A DNA stretch of 64,000 nucleotides, taken from IMG/VR virus record IMGVR_UViG_3300025909_000005; one strand, given 5' to 3'. Position numbers and translations under genes: made by a program. Below the pieces are notes generated by a model. It saw only the letters and a program-made list of their open reading frames with translations, was not told the DNA's origin and did no database searches. Positions within the stretch are counted from its first letter, which is position 1. Each line of letters begins with the position of its first letter. This DNA is from a virus (lineage: Duplodnaviria; Caudoviricetes). This document shows positions 17,200 through 25,538 of the stretch, piece after piece.

Positions 17200-17366
17200 T
17201 CAGCTTCACAACTTTCCTGGCATACGTGATCGTGTGCCTTCTCTGCTCGATCGCCACCATGATCGGGCTTTTCCTGTTGACCTTCTTCGGTGTCATCGTG
17301 CTCCTGTGGTTCGAGTCCCGTCGAGAAATAAGAGAGCGATACGACGATGATGCTCATCACCACTGA
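17196..17366 (+). CDS. small membrane protein (56 aa)
   Basis: TTGA-coupled; long hydrophobic stretch then WFESRRE. Confidence 0.45.
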   Translation: MISFTTFLAYVIVCLLCSIATMIGLFLLTFFGVIVLLWFESRREIRERYDDDAHHH

Positions 17367-17718
17367 ATTGATGGAGGTCGAGTGCCTCCTGTGGTACGAT
17401 GGTCCCCTCATGTCCCACTATCAGCAGGGAGATGACCACTTCATCTCCCTCTGGGTGGACACCGAGGAGCTCAGCGATGACCCGCCAGTCTATCATGACC
17501 TTGCGTTGATGATTCGCGCGCCACTCGAATCGATCGAGCTGCTGAAGACCAACAAGCTCTTCGTGCGTGACTTCGAGGAGCACCACGCCCTCGAGATGGC
17601 AATCTACGACTACGACAAGTTCGAAGGCGAGGGCGACCCTGCCGACTTCGCAATGATGGTGGAACAGAACTGGGCTGCCTCGCCCGGCTACTACCTTCAC
17701 TACGTTCCAAAAGAGTAG
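17347..17718 (+). CDS. hypothetical acidic protein
   Basis: ORF with phage codon usage. Confidence 0.6.
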   Translation: MMLITTELMEVECLLWYDGPLMSHYQQGDDHFISLWVDTEELSDDPPVYHDLALMIRAPLESIELLKTNKLFVRDFEEHHALEMAIYDYDKFEGEGDPADFAMMVEQNWAASPGYYLHYVPKE

Positions 17719-17746
17719 TGTACACCTGCGCGCGTCTTGATATAAT
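17718..17746 (+). promoter_or_regulatory. early promoter GTGTAC-N17-TATAAT
   Basis: Extended TG; leader GGATTCATCGCAAC then GGAG SD. Confidence 0.75.
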
Positions 17747-17771
17747 GGATTCATCGCAACGGAGTCCATCC

Positions 17772-18083
17772 ATGAACACCTTCATCGGCACCACGATCTC
17801 GACCTCCCGCTTCACCTTCTCGCCCAAGAGCGGTGAGTTCGTCACCGAAGCATCGGACCTCCACGGCATCCCCACCTTCATGTCGCAGCTCTACGCCGAC
17901 TCCGGCGAGATCGGCTTCCGCATGGAGAACCACCAGACGGGTCGCTCTGTCGACTTTGTCATCTCCGACCAGCGCCGCAACGCCGAACAGGAACTGCAGT
18001 ACTGGGAATTCAAGCCGTCGGCGGCGGACCTCGCCTTCGATCGCAACCTGGCCGACATTCGTGTCGTCATCTTCAATGACTGA
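17772..18083 (+). CDS. hypothetical early protein
   Basis: Start corrected to SD-led ATG 17772. Confidence 0.6.
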   Translation: MNTFIGTTISTSRFTFSPKSGEFVTEASDLHGIPTFMSQLYADSGEIGFRMENHQTGRSVDFVISDQRRNAEQELQYWEFKPSAADLAFDRNLADIRVVIFND

Positions 18084-18438
18084 AAGCGAAGACAAACCCA
18101 CGTGCATGCCGCCGTATGCGCCACCGCCGACGATCATGCCGGCGCACCTCGTGCGCAGCGTGGACTACGCCAACAACGGACTCCTCTGGATCATCGACCG
18201 TGGCTTCGGCGGGATCGATGAGCTGAAGCTCGTCATGCCCGAGTACAAGGAGCCGGTCCTGTTCCACCACGTGGAAGATCACGCGCCGAATGGGGCGCCG
18301 TGCCGCGAGTTCAAGAACGAGGAAGGCAACCTGACCTTCCGTGTGTACAACTGGGGCTTCGGCCCGGTTGACCTCAAGAAGGACCTGACGCGACTGCCGT
18401 CGATCCCGAACGACGGGGTCTCCGAATGGCTGAAGTGA
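18076..18438 (+). CDS. hypothetical protein
   Basis: Start corrected to ATG 18076. Confidence 0.55.
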   Translation: MTESEDKPTCMPPYAPPPTIMPAHLVRSVDYANNGLLWIIDRGFGGIDELKLVMPEYKEPVLFHHVEDHAPNGAPCREFKNEEGNLTFRVYNWGFGPVDLKKDLTRLPSIPNDGVSEWLK

Positions 18439-18692
18439 TTCGGCTGTGGGGTCACCTGCGTCGCATTAGTCTCCTTGACGTCATTTCACTCGGTGGGGCC
18501 GTCATTGGTTCGCTGTTGCTCGCCTCGAACACACAGTACTCCAAGTGGGGCTACATCTTCTACATGGGTGGCACGTTCGCCTCTATCTGGATCATGCTTC
18601 ACTCGAACGTGAGTCGCTCTCAGGTCATCATCAACTTCTGGTTCATAGGCATGAACACGCTTGGTATCGTGCGCTGGTTCGGCATTCTGTGA
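18426..18692 (+). CDS. 3-TM membrane protein (PnuC-like small family, tentative)
   Basis: GGAVIGSLLLA..SKWGYIFY...W...Q.IINFWFIGMNTLGIVRW pattern. Confidence 0.45.
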   Translation: MAEVIRLWGHLRRISLLDVISLGGAVIGSLLLASNTQYSKWGYIFYMGGTFASIWIMLHSNVSRSQVIINFWFIGMNTLGIVRWFGIL

Positions 18693-18720
18693 ACACGCAG
18701 GATAGCCTCCGGCTTATAAT
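18689..18720 (+). promoter_or_regulatory. promoter GTGAACACG-N13-GGCTTATAAT, leaderless ATG 18726
   Basis: Identical architecture at 25264-25295. Confidence 0.6.
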
Positions 18721-18725
18721 GAACC

Positions 18726-18911
18726 ATGAATAAGCCGAAGAGATTCAACTTTTGGACATGGAAGGTCGCCTTCACCACGGGCGTGTGCTTCGTGTTCCTT
18801 GCCGGCTACCTTGGTGAGGAGGGCCATCCAGGCCTCACCATGGCCGCTGCCACGACGGCGTTTCTCTTCTTTACATTGACCTTCGCGCTAGCGCTGGCCA
18901 GCGATGACTGA
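18726..18911 (+). CDS. small 2-TM protein
   Basis: Hydrophobic; ATG 5 nt after TATAAT. Confidence 0.55.
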   Translation: MNKPKRFNFWTWKVAFTTGVCFVFLAGYLGEEGHPGLTMAAATTAFLFFTLTFALALASDD

Positions 18912-19125
18912 CCTGCTCGACACCACCCCATGCAAACTGCACCAGTACTGGCCAGTTCGCTGGTTTCTGGGCGGTTGGTGGCTCATGATGAAGGACGATG
19001 AGAAGTGGTACCCAGCGCACCGCGTCAACCTCTACGAGGGAGAGAGCGGGTCGTTCTTCCTGACACGGGCGACGACGATCAACCTCAAAGACCCGCGAAT
19101 TCTGAGAATCGAGAAACTGAGATGA
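18904..19125 (+). CDS. hypothetical Trp-rich protein
   Basis: Coupled ORF. Confidence 0.5.
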   Translation: MTDLLDTTPCKLHQYWPVRWFLGGWWLMMKDDEKWYPAHRVNLYEGESGSFFLTRATTINLKDPRILRIEKLR

Positions 19126-19313
19126 AGTTCACGCGGATCATGAGCGCTGACGAAGAGCACATCACCTTCGTGATCGATGGTGAAATTGCGAGCAGGACCT
19201 CCTACGACGAGGTTGGCTCAGAGGGCATGCGCTCGATGAGCAAGATGTTCGAGGCGATGGCCAAGATGCTTGGCGAAAAAGTCGTTGACGAATTCGAAGA
19301 TTGGGAGGAGTGA
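19122..19313 (+). CDS. hypothetical protein
   Basis: Start corrected to ATGA-coupled 19122. Confidence 0.5.
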   Translation: MKFTRIMSADEEHITFVIDGEIASRTSYDEVGSEGMRSMSKMFEAMAKMLGEKVVDEFEDWEE

Positions 19314-19549
19314 TGGCATTTCTTTGGATCGCAATCTACGTCCTGATCTTCGGCACGGCGCTCTCGCTCATCGTCTCAGGCGGCATCTTCCTCCTCATCT
19401 GGTGGGAGGCGCGCTCGCGCGCCAGAACTTCACGAAGCTGGGGTCTCACGCGTATGGAGACCTGGCTCATGAGCACCGTTGGTTTCCTCTTCACTGCCCT
19501 CGGAATCGGTCTAATCGGCTACGGGGTCTACCTCATCTTCTCGAAATGA
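19313..19549 (+). CDS. small 2-TM protein
   Basis: GGAGG SD, TGATG coupling. Confidence 0.6.
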   Translation: MAFLWIAIYVLIFGTALSLIVSGGIFLLIWWEARSRARTSRSWGLTRMETWLMSTVGFLFTALGIGLIGYGVYLIFSK

Positions 19550-19713
19550 AATACGCACTCATCTCCATTCTCTCGATCCTCTGCGCCTTCTTCATCATCG
19601 GCGTGGTAGTGAAGCTGTCCATCCTAGTCGCTGAGATTATCGTCCTTGCGCTGTCCATCGGCGCCATCTACCTCGTCATCAAGCTGATGAACAAGCCTGA
19701 CAAGGCGAAGTGA
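19546..19713 (+). CDS. small 2-TM protein
   Basis: Start corrected to 19546; almost wholly hydrophobic. Confidence 0.55.
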   Translation: MKYALISILSILCAFFIIGVVVKLSILVAEIIVLALSIGAIYLVIKLMNKPDKAK

Positions 19714-19952
19714 TGGTTGACAATCTCACCAAGCTAAAGGGCAACACGGTCAAAATGGCCACTCCAGTTCTGGAGTGGGATGACCCAAAGAAGGGCCCAA
19801 AGTCAGAGTTTTCGATGCTCACGCACGACACGGCGGGGCAGGGCTGGATCTTCACGGTGATCGCGGAGCTTGACAAGAACGGGAAGCCAGTTCTCAAGAT
19901 CAAGCGCTCCAAAGAGAAATTCATTCCCTTGATCCAGCCTGTTCGATTCTGA
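19710..19952 (+). CDS. hypothetical protein
   Basis: Coupled ORF. Confidence 0.5.
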   Translation: MMVDNLTKLKGNTVKMATPVLEWDDPKKGPKSEFSMLTHDTAGQGWIFTVIAELDKNGKPVLKIKRSKEKFIPLIQPVRF

Positions 19953-19999
19953 GTGGTTCCTCTCTGCAGGCGTAAATACCTGCAGACAAGGAGACTCAC

Positions 20000-20407
20000 A
20001 TGAACAATACCCAACCGCACGAGGTGCTGATCGATCAGGCAAACCGTGCAGCGATTCAGATGATGAGAGGTGTCGGTGACCTGATCGAGATTGCAGGCGC
20101 CTACATGGAACAGGGGGAAGTCGTCACCGAAAGTGACGCCATCAAGCGTGAAGGTATCACGTCCGCTGTTGAAGAACTTGCCCGCCTGACAAAGCTCCTC
20201 GGAGCTGAAGTCGTGCGTTGGAAGAAGGAAGAGCCACGGATTATCAGCCGCTCCGGTATTGAGGGCGATATCCTGAATGAGCTCATGGCGAACGTGGAAT
20301 CATCCCTGATGTTCTTCATCATGGAGAACCAGGACCTCGGAAACTTCAATCGTGATGAGATGAAGGCCGCGTACTCCGACCTCGTAAGGTGTAACCAACT
20401 CCTCTGA
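20000..20407 (+). CDS. hypothetical protein
   Basis: TAAATA 19973-19978 and AAGGAG SD. Confidence 0.65.
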   Translation: MNNTQPHEVLIDQANRAAIQMMRGVGDLIEIAGAYMEQGEVVTESDAIKREGITSAVEELARLTKLLGAEVVRWKKEEPRIISRSGIEGDILNELMANVESSLMFFIMENQDLGNFNRDEMKAAYSDLVRCNQLL

Positions 20408-20410
20408 GTG

Positions 20411-20439
20411 TTTACGCTGCGAGGAATCAGGAGTATAAT
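20411..20439 (+). promoter_or_regulatory. early promoter TTTACG-N17-TATAAT, leaderless ATG 20445
   Basis: TATAAT-gaacc-ATG. Confidence 0.7.
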
Positions 20440-20444
20440 GAACC

Positions 20445-20582
20445 ATGTTCAGAAAAACCTTCGCCATCACCTTCTTCGTGCCATGCCTGCTCTGCCGCTG
20501 CGTCGTTGACGCGGGTAGGGCGATGAAGGAGGCCGCTCGAATGGAACTTCGAGGGCTCAAGCGTATCCTTCGTGGATTCTGA
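20445..20582 (+). CDS. small hypothetical protein (45 aa)
   Basis: MFRKTFAITFFVPCLLCRCVVDAGRAMKEAARMELRGLKRILRGF; missed by ORF track. Confidence 0.5.
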   Translation: MFRKTFAITFFVPCLLCRCVVDAGRAMKEAARMELRGLKRILRGF

Positions 20583-20775
20583 GAAGAAGGCTTCGGCCCT
20601 CGAGTCAGTCGTAACGAACGCGATCGGGTTCGCGTACACCGTTGCGCTCTCCATGATCTTCTCAGATCAGGACTTCTGGAAGAGCGCAGAGTTCAGCTCG
20701 TTTATTCTCGTGCTGAACATCATTCGTTCGTTCGTTGTGAGCGTGATCTTCAAGAAGATCCGCGGTAAGGATTAG
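20572..20775 (+). CDS. small 2-TM protein
   Basis: SALESVVTNAIGF.Y...conserved-looking phage membrane motif. Confidence 0.55.
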   Translation: MDSEKKASALESVVTNAIGFAYTVALSMIFSDQDFWKSAEFSSFILVLNIIRSFVVSVIFKKIRGKD

Positions 20776-21287
20776 TCGGCTAGGTAGCCGCCCTTGGCGC
20801 TGAACTCACCCATCTTTTCGTCGCCGTCGAAGGCGGCCCAAGTTTCGTCGCCATCTTCCTTGTTGCCAGCAATCTTCTTGACCTGGAAACCGGCTGCCTT
20901 GGCCTGCGTTGTCCACGTCTGCTGATCACCTGGCTCGAATGTTTGGCGGTCCTCACGCATCGTGCGGTGCTGGGCGTAGTCGTCGCGCTCCTTACCGTTG
21001 AGGCTTGGATAGCCACCCTGTGGGTAACCCTTGTCGTTGCCCCTCTCTGTGCGTTCCTTGGCCTTCAACCATTCTTCGTCGCGCTTCTTCTTGAGAGCAT
21101 TGCGACGATCTTCATCCGCCTTCTTCTTGTCAGCAAGCTTCTGCTGAGCAAGGGTGAGCTTCTCCTTCTTGCCTTCCTTGTCTTCGGACCTGCCGAAGAT
21201 CTTGCCGAAGACCTCGTCGATCTTTTCTGCCGAAGCGTCGACGGTGTTGTCGATGAAGGCGTTGAACTGCTTGAAGGAGACGGTCAT
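20772..21287 (-). CDS. late, charged protein; candidate head internal protein
   Basis: Exact TATAAATA on minus strand (21320-21327); N-terminus MTVSFKQFNAF resembles T4 internal-protein leaders. Confidence 0.6.
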   Translation of the reverse strand: MTVSFKQFNAFIDNTVDASAEKIDEVFGKIFGRSEDKEGKKEKLTLAQQKLADKKKADEDRRNALKKKRDEEWLKAKERTERGNDKGYPQGGYPSLNGKERDDYAQHRTMREDRQTFEPGDQQTWTTQAKAAGFQVKKIAGNKEDGDETWAAFDGDEKMGEFSAKGGYLAD

Positions 21288-21403
21288 TGGGATCCCAGTG
21301 TGTGGATTCTAGATGCGGGTATTTATATCGGTCCTGAACAATCAAGTGACCCGAGTGATCAAAATGTTACAATCAGCCATCAAGACGAACAACCGGAGGA
21401 TAA

Positions 21404-22060
21404 ATGGCACGTAAATCAAAGGACCTGGCAATCGAGCTCTTGAGCCACTCGATGCTTTCAAGTGGACTCTTCAGCGAGGGCGCGGTCAAGCTGGTTCAAG
21501 ATTGCAAGGTGACGAAGGACGAAATCGACTCGGCTCTTCGAACCGCCTGGTCAGACCTACTTCCTGACCCCCATCCTGTAAAGGACCGCTACGTCATCGG
21601 CTTCATCTTCGACGAGGAACGCAAGCACGTTCTCCTGGTCTGGAAGAACCGTCCGGCATGGCAGAATGGGAAGCTCAACGCCCCAGGTGGCAAGGTCGAG
21701 GAAAACGAATCGGCACTTCTCGCAGTTCAACGTGAGATCGCGGAAGAGACAGGCATCAAGACCGACTTCCACCACTGGCGCTACGTTGGTCGCCGCTTCC
21801 GTGCAGCAATGTCTCCGAAGCAGGACTTCTCGTACAGCCTCCAGATGTTCGTTACCGAGGTTCCGCTCGTGGACATGAAGGCAGCACAAGAGTGGCAGAC
21901 CGATGAGGAGGTCGTGGCCCTGCCACTGAACATGGAGATCATCAAGCGCCGCGGCGTACCGTCCCTGGTCTGGGCCACAGACGCAGCGCTCGCGGCTCTC
22001 GACACCGGCCTGATCATCGAGGTTGAGGATCCGGCAATCTTCCCAGAGGATGACCAGTGA
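21404..22060 (+). CDS. NUDIX hydrolase
   Basis: Nudix box GGKVEENESALLAVQREIAEETGI; extended -10 TGTTACAAT and GGAGG upstream. Confidence 0.9.
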   Translation: MARKSKDLAIELLSHSMLSSGLFSEGAVKLVQDCKVTKDEIDSALRTAWSDLLPDPHPVKDRYVIGFIFDEERKHVLLVWKNRPAWQNGKLNAPGGKVEENESALLAVQREIAEETGIKTDFHHWRYVGRRFRAAMSPKQDFSYSLQMFVTEVPLVDMKAAQEWQTDEEVVALPLNMEIIKRRGVPSLVWATDAALAALDTGLIIEVEDPAIFPEDDQ

Positions 22061-22410
22061 AAGAACGAACCCTCATCAAGGTCGTCGCCACCATCATCAC
22101 CGGCATCGGGAATGGCAGGATGAAGACCGAGCTGGGGCGTGGCATTGTACCGCTCAAGCGCGGTGTTTCTCTACTCGACTTCATCTCCGCCTTCTTGATC
22201 GAACGTGACGTCTCGGCTACCCTTGTGCAACGCGAGGAGAACCTGTGGGCCACCGCGCCCATCATGTCACTGAACACCGAGCCAAGGCAGGTGATGACCT
22301 TCCACTTCATGACCTTTCCAGTGTCAGAGCTCGGCTACTATGCCAAGGACCTGACCAAGGCGGAGCTTGAACGTGACATGAAGCAACTCAAGAGGTTGAT
22401 CAATGGCTGA
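22057..22410 (+). CDS. hypothetical protein
   Basis: Coupled ORF. Confidence 0.5.
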   Translation: MKERTLIKVVATIITGIGNGRMKTELGRGIVPLKRGVSLLDFISAFLIERDVSATLVQREENLWATAPIMSLNTEPRQVMTFHFMTFPVSELGYYAKDLTKAELERDMKQLKRLING

Positions 22411-23011
22411 CGTAATCGGGCTGAGCGGCCCACAAGGTGGCGGTAAGACCACGCTTCTCAACGGCCTTGCAGGCGAGAACATTATCGTGGATGACTTCAA
22501 GGTATCCCGTGCGGTTCAGGCTCAGCTCGGCTGGTCAACTCTCGAGAACGTGCTGGAAGATCCAGTCACGATGAAGCAGTTCCAAACTGCCATTCTCGAG
22601 CAGAAGATCGCGCGCGAGAAAGAGAACAAGCTGCGTGAAGATGTCAAGTACATCTTGACAGAGCGAACGTTTGCTGACATCGCCGCCTACACACAGCTCT
22701 GGTGCTGGGAGCTCGCACATCAGAACAAGTGGTCGATCGCGGATGCCGTTGACTTCTCGCTTGGCTTCATTCAAGAATGTGCACGCGCTCAACACATCTA
22801 CTCAGGCAACATCTACCTTCCATCCATGCCGCACGTTCAGTGGCAGGCCGACCCGCACCGCGCCAAGCAGGAGCACACGCAGTTCATTACGGATGAGCTC
22901 GAGGGCTTCTTTGCGCGCAAGCACCCAGAGAACGTTCCTGTCTTCAGGATCACTGAGGGCTCCGTGCAGGGTAGAATTGATCAAGTGAACAAATGGCTGT
23001 CGACCCTCTAA
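22403..23011 (+). CDS. P-loop nucleotide (dNMP-like/AAA_28) kinase
   Basis: IGLSGPQGGGKTTL Walker A, LTERTFAD. Confidence 0.75.
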   Translation: MADVIGLSGPQGGGKTTLLNGLAGENIIVDDFKVSRAVQAQLGWSTLENVLEDPVTMKQFQTAILEQKIAREKENKLREDVKYILTERTFADIAAYTQLWCWELAHQNKWSIADAVDFSLGFIQECARAQHIYSGNIYLPSMPHVQWQADPHRAKQEHTQFITDELEGFFARKHPENVPVFRITEGSVQGRIDQVNKWLSTL

Positions 23012-23196
23012 CGGCATACGCGGAAGGGATCAAGGCAGGCCACAAGTCGTTTCGCGAAGGTGAGCATGTTGAGAACCCCTATGAACGCCACAGTCCTGAA
23101 TGGCACGCCTTTGAAGAGGGAGCCTGCCATGGCTGGGGTGACGCGTACTATTACGAGTACCAGATCGACGATGATGAACAACCTTGGGGTGGATGA
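22993..23196 (+). CDS. small hypothetical protein
   Basis: AYAEG..AG...ENPY...W..FEEG pattern (ribosome-modulation-factor-like repeat, tentative). Confidence 0.45.
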   Translation: MAVDPLTAYAEGIKAGHKSFREGEHVENPYERHSPEWHAFEEGACHGWGDAYYYEYQIDDDEQPWGG

Positions 23197-23561
23197 TGTG
23201 GCCAAGGCCTGAAGACTACACACGGTTCAAGAACTTGGAACCCATTGAAGATCTCCCTGGCTGCTATCAGCTGAAGCCTGAAGGTGAGCGAACTGGCGAG
23301 CCCATGTCTCCTGAGCGGCGTGAGAAGATCAATGCAGCCATTGCCAAGTTTCAGACTGACACGAACAAACTGTTAGAAGAGCTTCGTCCCAAGTGGGCAG
23401 AAGAAGCCCGCATGTTGGCCGAGCACCGCGCGCGTATCGCTGAAGGGCGACGTAGAGTCGAGGAAAGAATCGAACGCGAGCTTGCAGAAGAACGAGAACA
23501 GGCCAGGTGGGAGAAGCTTTCTCTCTGGCAGAAATTCAAGGAATGGTGGAAATCCGCATGA
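23184..23561 (+). CDS. hypothetical coiled-coil protein
   Basis: E/R-rich helix. Confidence 0.55.
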   Translation: MGWMMWPRPEDYTRFKNLEPIEDLPGCYQLKPEGERTGEPMSPERREKINAAIAKFQTDTNKLLEELRPKWAEEARMLAEHRARIAEGRRRVEERIERELAEEREQARWEKLSLWQKFKEWWKSA

Positions 23562-24169
23562 CAAGAAAGACAACATACACGCGAGCCCACCCGGGCAAGT
23601 TCGGGCTGGCGATCGACTGGGAGACCAGCGGTTCCAACTTCGGCGGGGACTCCTCGAAGGACTACCAGGGGCTGGCCTTCGGCGCGATCATCTTCGACAC
23701 CACGACCTTCGAACCGGTTGCTGAGCTCTACCGCGAGCTGCACTTCGATGACAAGAAGTACAAGTGGTCAGACGAAGCCGAGAAGATCCATGGCCTATCG
23801 CGTGAGCACCTGAAGGAACATGGTGTTCCTCGTGAGGAGGCGCTCGTTGACCTCCTTGAGCTCGTGATGCAGTACATCGGCACCGAGTCCAAGATCATGT
23901 TCCTTGGCCACAACGTGGACTTTGACATCGACTTCACGGTTCAACTGGCTAACGATCATGGCATCGAGCTGCAGATCCACCACGTCAAGCTCGAGACGTC
24001 AGGCACGGCCTTCATTCTGGCTGGTGTCTATCGTTCGAACGACGTGTTTGAGGCATTCCTCGGTGAGGTACGTGAAGGCAAGCACAACGCTCTTCAAGAT
24101 GCCCACATGGCCCTAGAGGTCGTGCGCAACATGAAGGCGATCTTCGCGGTCGGTTTGGAGAACGGCTGA
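23558..24169 (+). CDS. DEDDh 3'-5' exonuclease
   Basis: AIDWETSG (ExoI), GHNVDFD (ExoII), HNALQDA (ExoIII); start corrected to 23558. Confidence 0.85.
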   Translation: MTRKTTYTRAHPGKFGLAIDWETSGSNFGGDSSKDYQGLAFGAIIFDTTTFEPVAELYRELHFDDKKYKWSDEAEKIHGLSREHLKEHGVPREEALVDLLELVMQYIGTESKIMFLGHNVDFDIDFTVQLANDHGIELQIHHVKLETSGTAFILAGVYRSNDVFEAFLGEVREGKHNALQDAHMALEVVRNMKAIFAVGLENG

Positions 24170-24255
24170 TGCTTCACGTAACTCTGCTCCTCATTTTCGT
24201 TTTCCTTGCTGGCGTGATTGTTGGCATGGGTATTCTTCAGATCCTCGACAAATGA
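24169..24255 (+). CDS. 28-aa single-TM peptide
   Basis: TGATG-coupled; MLHVTLLLIFVFLAGVIVGMGILQILDK. Confidence 0.45.
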   Translation: MLHVTLLLIFVFLAGVIVGMGILQILDK

Positions 24256-24473
24256 ACGCGCTGAACAAACTCCTCACTACGATCAGTGAGGCGCCCGAGT
24301 CCCAGATCCACCCTGAAATCTGCAAGAAGATCAAGGGCCTGATTGGTTGCCCACCTGAAATCGTTGCCTTCAACCTGAAGGAGATTCGCGACCAGTGCGT
24401 TGCTGAGGCTCTCGCTTCAGGCTTCGCGCTGAACGTCATCAGCGAGACCATCAACATCGCAGAGACCCAGTGA
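24252..24473 (+). CDS. hypothetical protein
   Basis: Coupled ORF. Confidence 0.55.
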   Translation: MNALNKLLTTISEAPESQIHPEICKKIKGLIGCPPEIVAFNLKEIRDQCVAEALASGFALNVISETINIAETQ

Positions 24474-24562
24474 TCTACGACATCATCATTCTCTGCTTCG
24501 AGTCCTTCATGGCCGGTCTTCTCGTGGGGATCGGCGTCACCTACTGGCTTCTACGACCATGA
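24470..24562 (+). CDS. 30-aa single-TM peptide
   Basis: GTGA/ATGA-coupled both ends; FMAGLLVGIG resembles 24169 peptide. Confidence 0.45.
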   Translation: MIYDIIILCFESFMAGLLVGIGVTYWLLRP

Positions 24563-25086
24563 AACTCATCACAGCACCTGAAGACATCCACAAGTACCGA
24601 GTTACACGCAGTGGGTGGGACGTTCAGCCACGGCCAACTCTCTTTCTTGGCGGCTCTATTGAGCAGGGCAAGGCAGAGTTCTGGCAGGACGCCGTCGCTG
24701 AATCGTTGAAGGACGAGAGCATTCTCCTCTTCAACCCACGTCGGCAGGAATGGGATGAACTTGCAGACGAGAAGTTCATTCGTGCTCAGATCCGTTGGGA
24801 ACTAGCTGCTCTTGAAGAGAGCGACGCAGTCCTGATCTACCTTCAGCCTGGCACCCTCTCGCCGATTAGTATGCTCGAGTTTGGCTTGTATGCCCGGGCT
24901 CCACGACGGAAGCTCGTAGTCGTCTGCCCTCCAGGTTTCTGGCGCAGAACGAACATCGAGGAGACTGCAGCTCGCTTCGGCATTCCACTCTACGACACGA
25001 TCGATGAAGGTGTGAAGAAGGCGGCAGAGCTGGCGAAGATCAACTACATCCATGACAACGACTGGGCTGGCCCGCTCTATGACTGA
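24559..25086 (+). CDS. nucleoside 2-deoxyribosyltransferase-like protein
   Basis: LFLGGSI..WQ..FNPRR.EW..QIRWEL.AL..SD...F...SPISMLEFGL pattern. Confidence 0.8.
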   Translation: MKLITAPEDIHKYRVTRSGWDVQPRPTLFLGGSIEQGKAEFWQDAVAESLKDESILLFNPRRQEWDELADEKFIRAQIRWELAALEESDAVLIYLQPGTLSPISMLEFGLYARAPRRKLVVVCPPGFWRRTNIEETAARFGIPLYDTIDEGVKKAAELAKINYIHDNDWAGPLYD

Positions 25087-25267
25087 CGACACCCCAACTG
25101 ACACCTACATCTACGATGACCTCGAGGTGAAGACGACGGGCCGTACCGCGTCGAAGGACCTGCCTGGTGGAAAGAAGGCGGTGATGCACGAAATCACCCC
25201 GCTTGACCAAGATCAAGGCACATGGAAGAAGTGGGTCAACCTGGCTGCGCTGTTCCGAATTCAGTGA
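25079..25267 (+). CDS. small hypothetical protein
   Basis: Start corrected to 25079. Confidence 0.5.
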   Translation: MTDDTPTDTYIYDDLEVKTTGRTASKDLPGGKKAVMHEITPLDQDQGTWKKWVNLAALFRIQ

Positions 25268-25295
25268 ACACGGCCATGGTAGAGTGGCTTATAAT
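25264..25295 (+). promoter_or_regulatory. promoter GTGAACACG-N13-GGCTTATAAT, leaderless ATG 25302
   Basis: Twin of 18689-18720. Confidence 0.6.
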
Positions 25296-25301
25296 GGGGG
25301 T

Positions 25302-25538
25302 ATGACACGTTATACCAACCTCACAGCCGTCCAGTTGTTCATGTTGGCGATCCTCATGTCGCTTCTAACCGCAGTCTTGGTGTCCATAAATACCTGGTAC
25401 ATGGACTACCGAATGCTGCCCATGGTCTACAAGGACGCCGCTGGTACCTGCCTCAAGGTCGAAAACCTCGAGAACGGCCAGGCCTTCAACTGCAATGACG
25501 TCAACGTAACCCTGAGGCGGTACAAAACCGCCAAGTGA
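25302..25538 (+). CDS. single-TM exported small protein
   Basis: Start corrected to 25302; TM then CLKVEN..FNC. Confidence 0.6.
   Translation: MTRYTNLTAVQLFMLAILMSLLTAVLVSINTWYMDYRMLPMVYKDAAGTCLKVENLENGQAFNCNDVNVTLRRYKTAK

Noticed and set aside
17308-17322. GGTTCGAGTCCC T-loop-like motif
   Set aside because: Flanks do not pair and no cloverleaf forms; encodes WFESR in a membrane ORF
24169-24255. Suspected frameshifted pseudogene
   Set aside because: On recount the frame is intact (87 nt, 28 aa)
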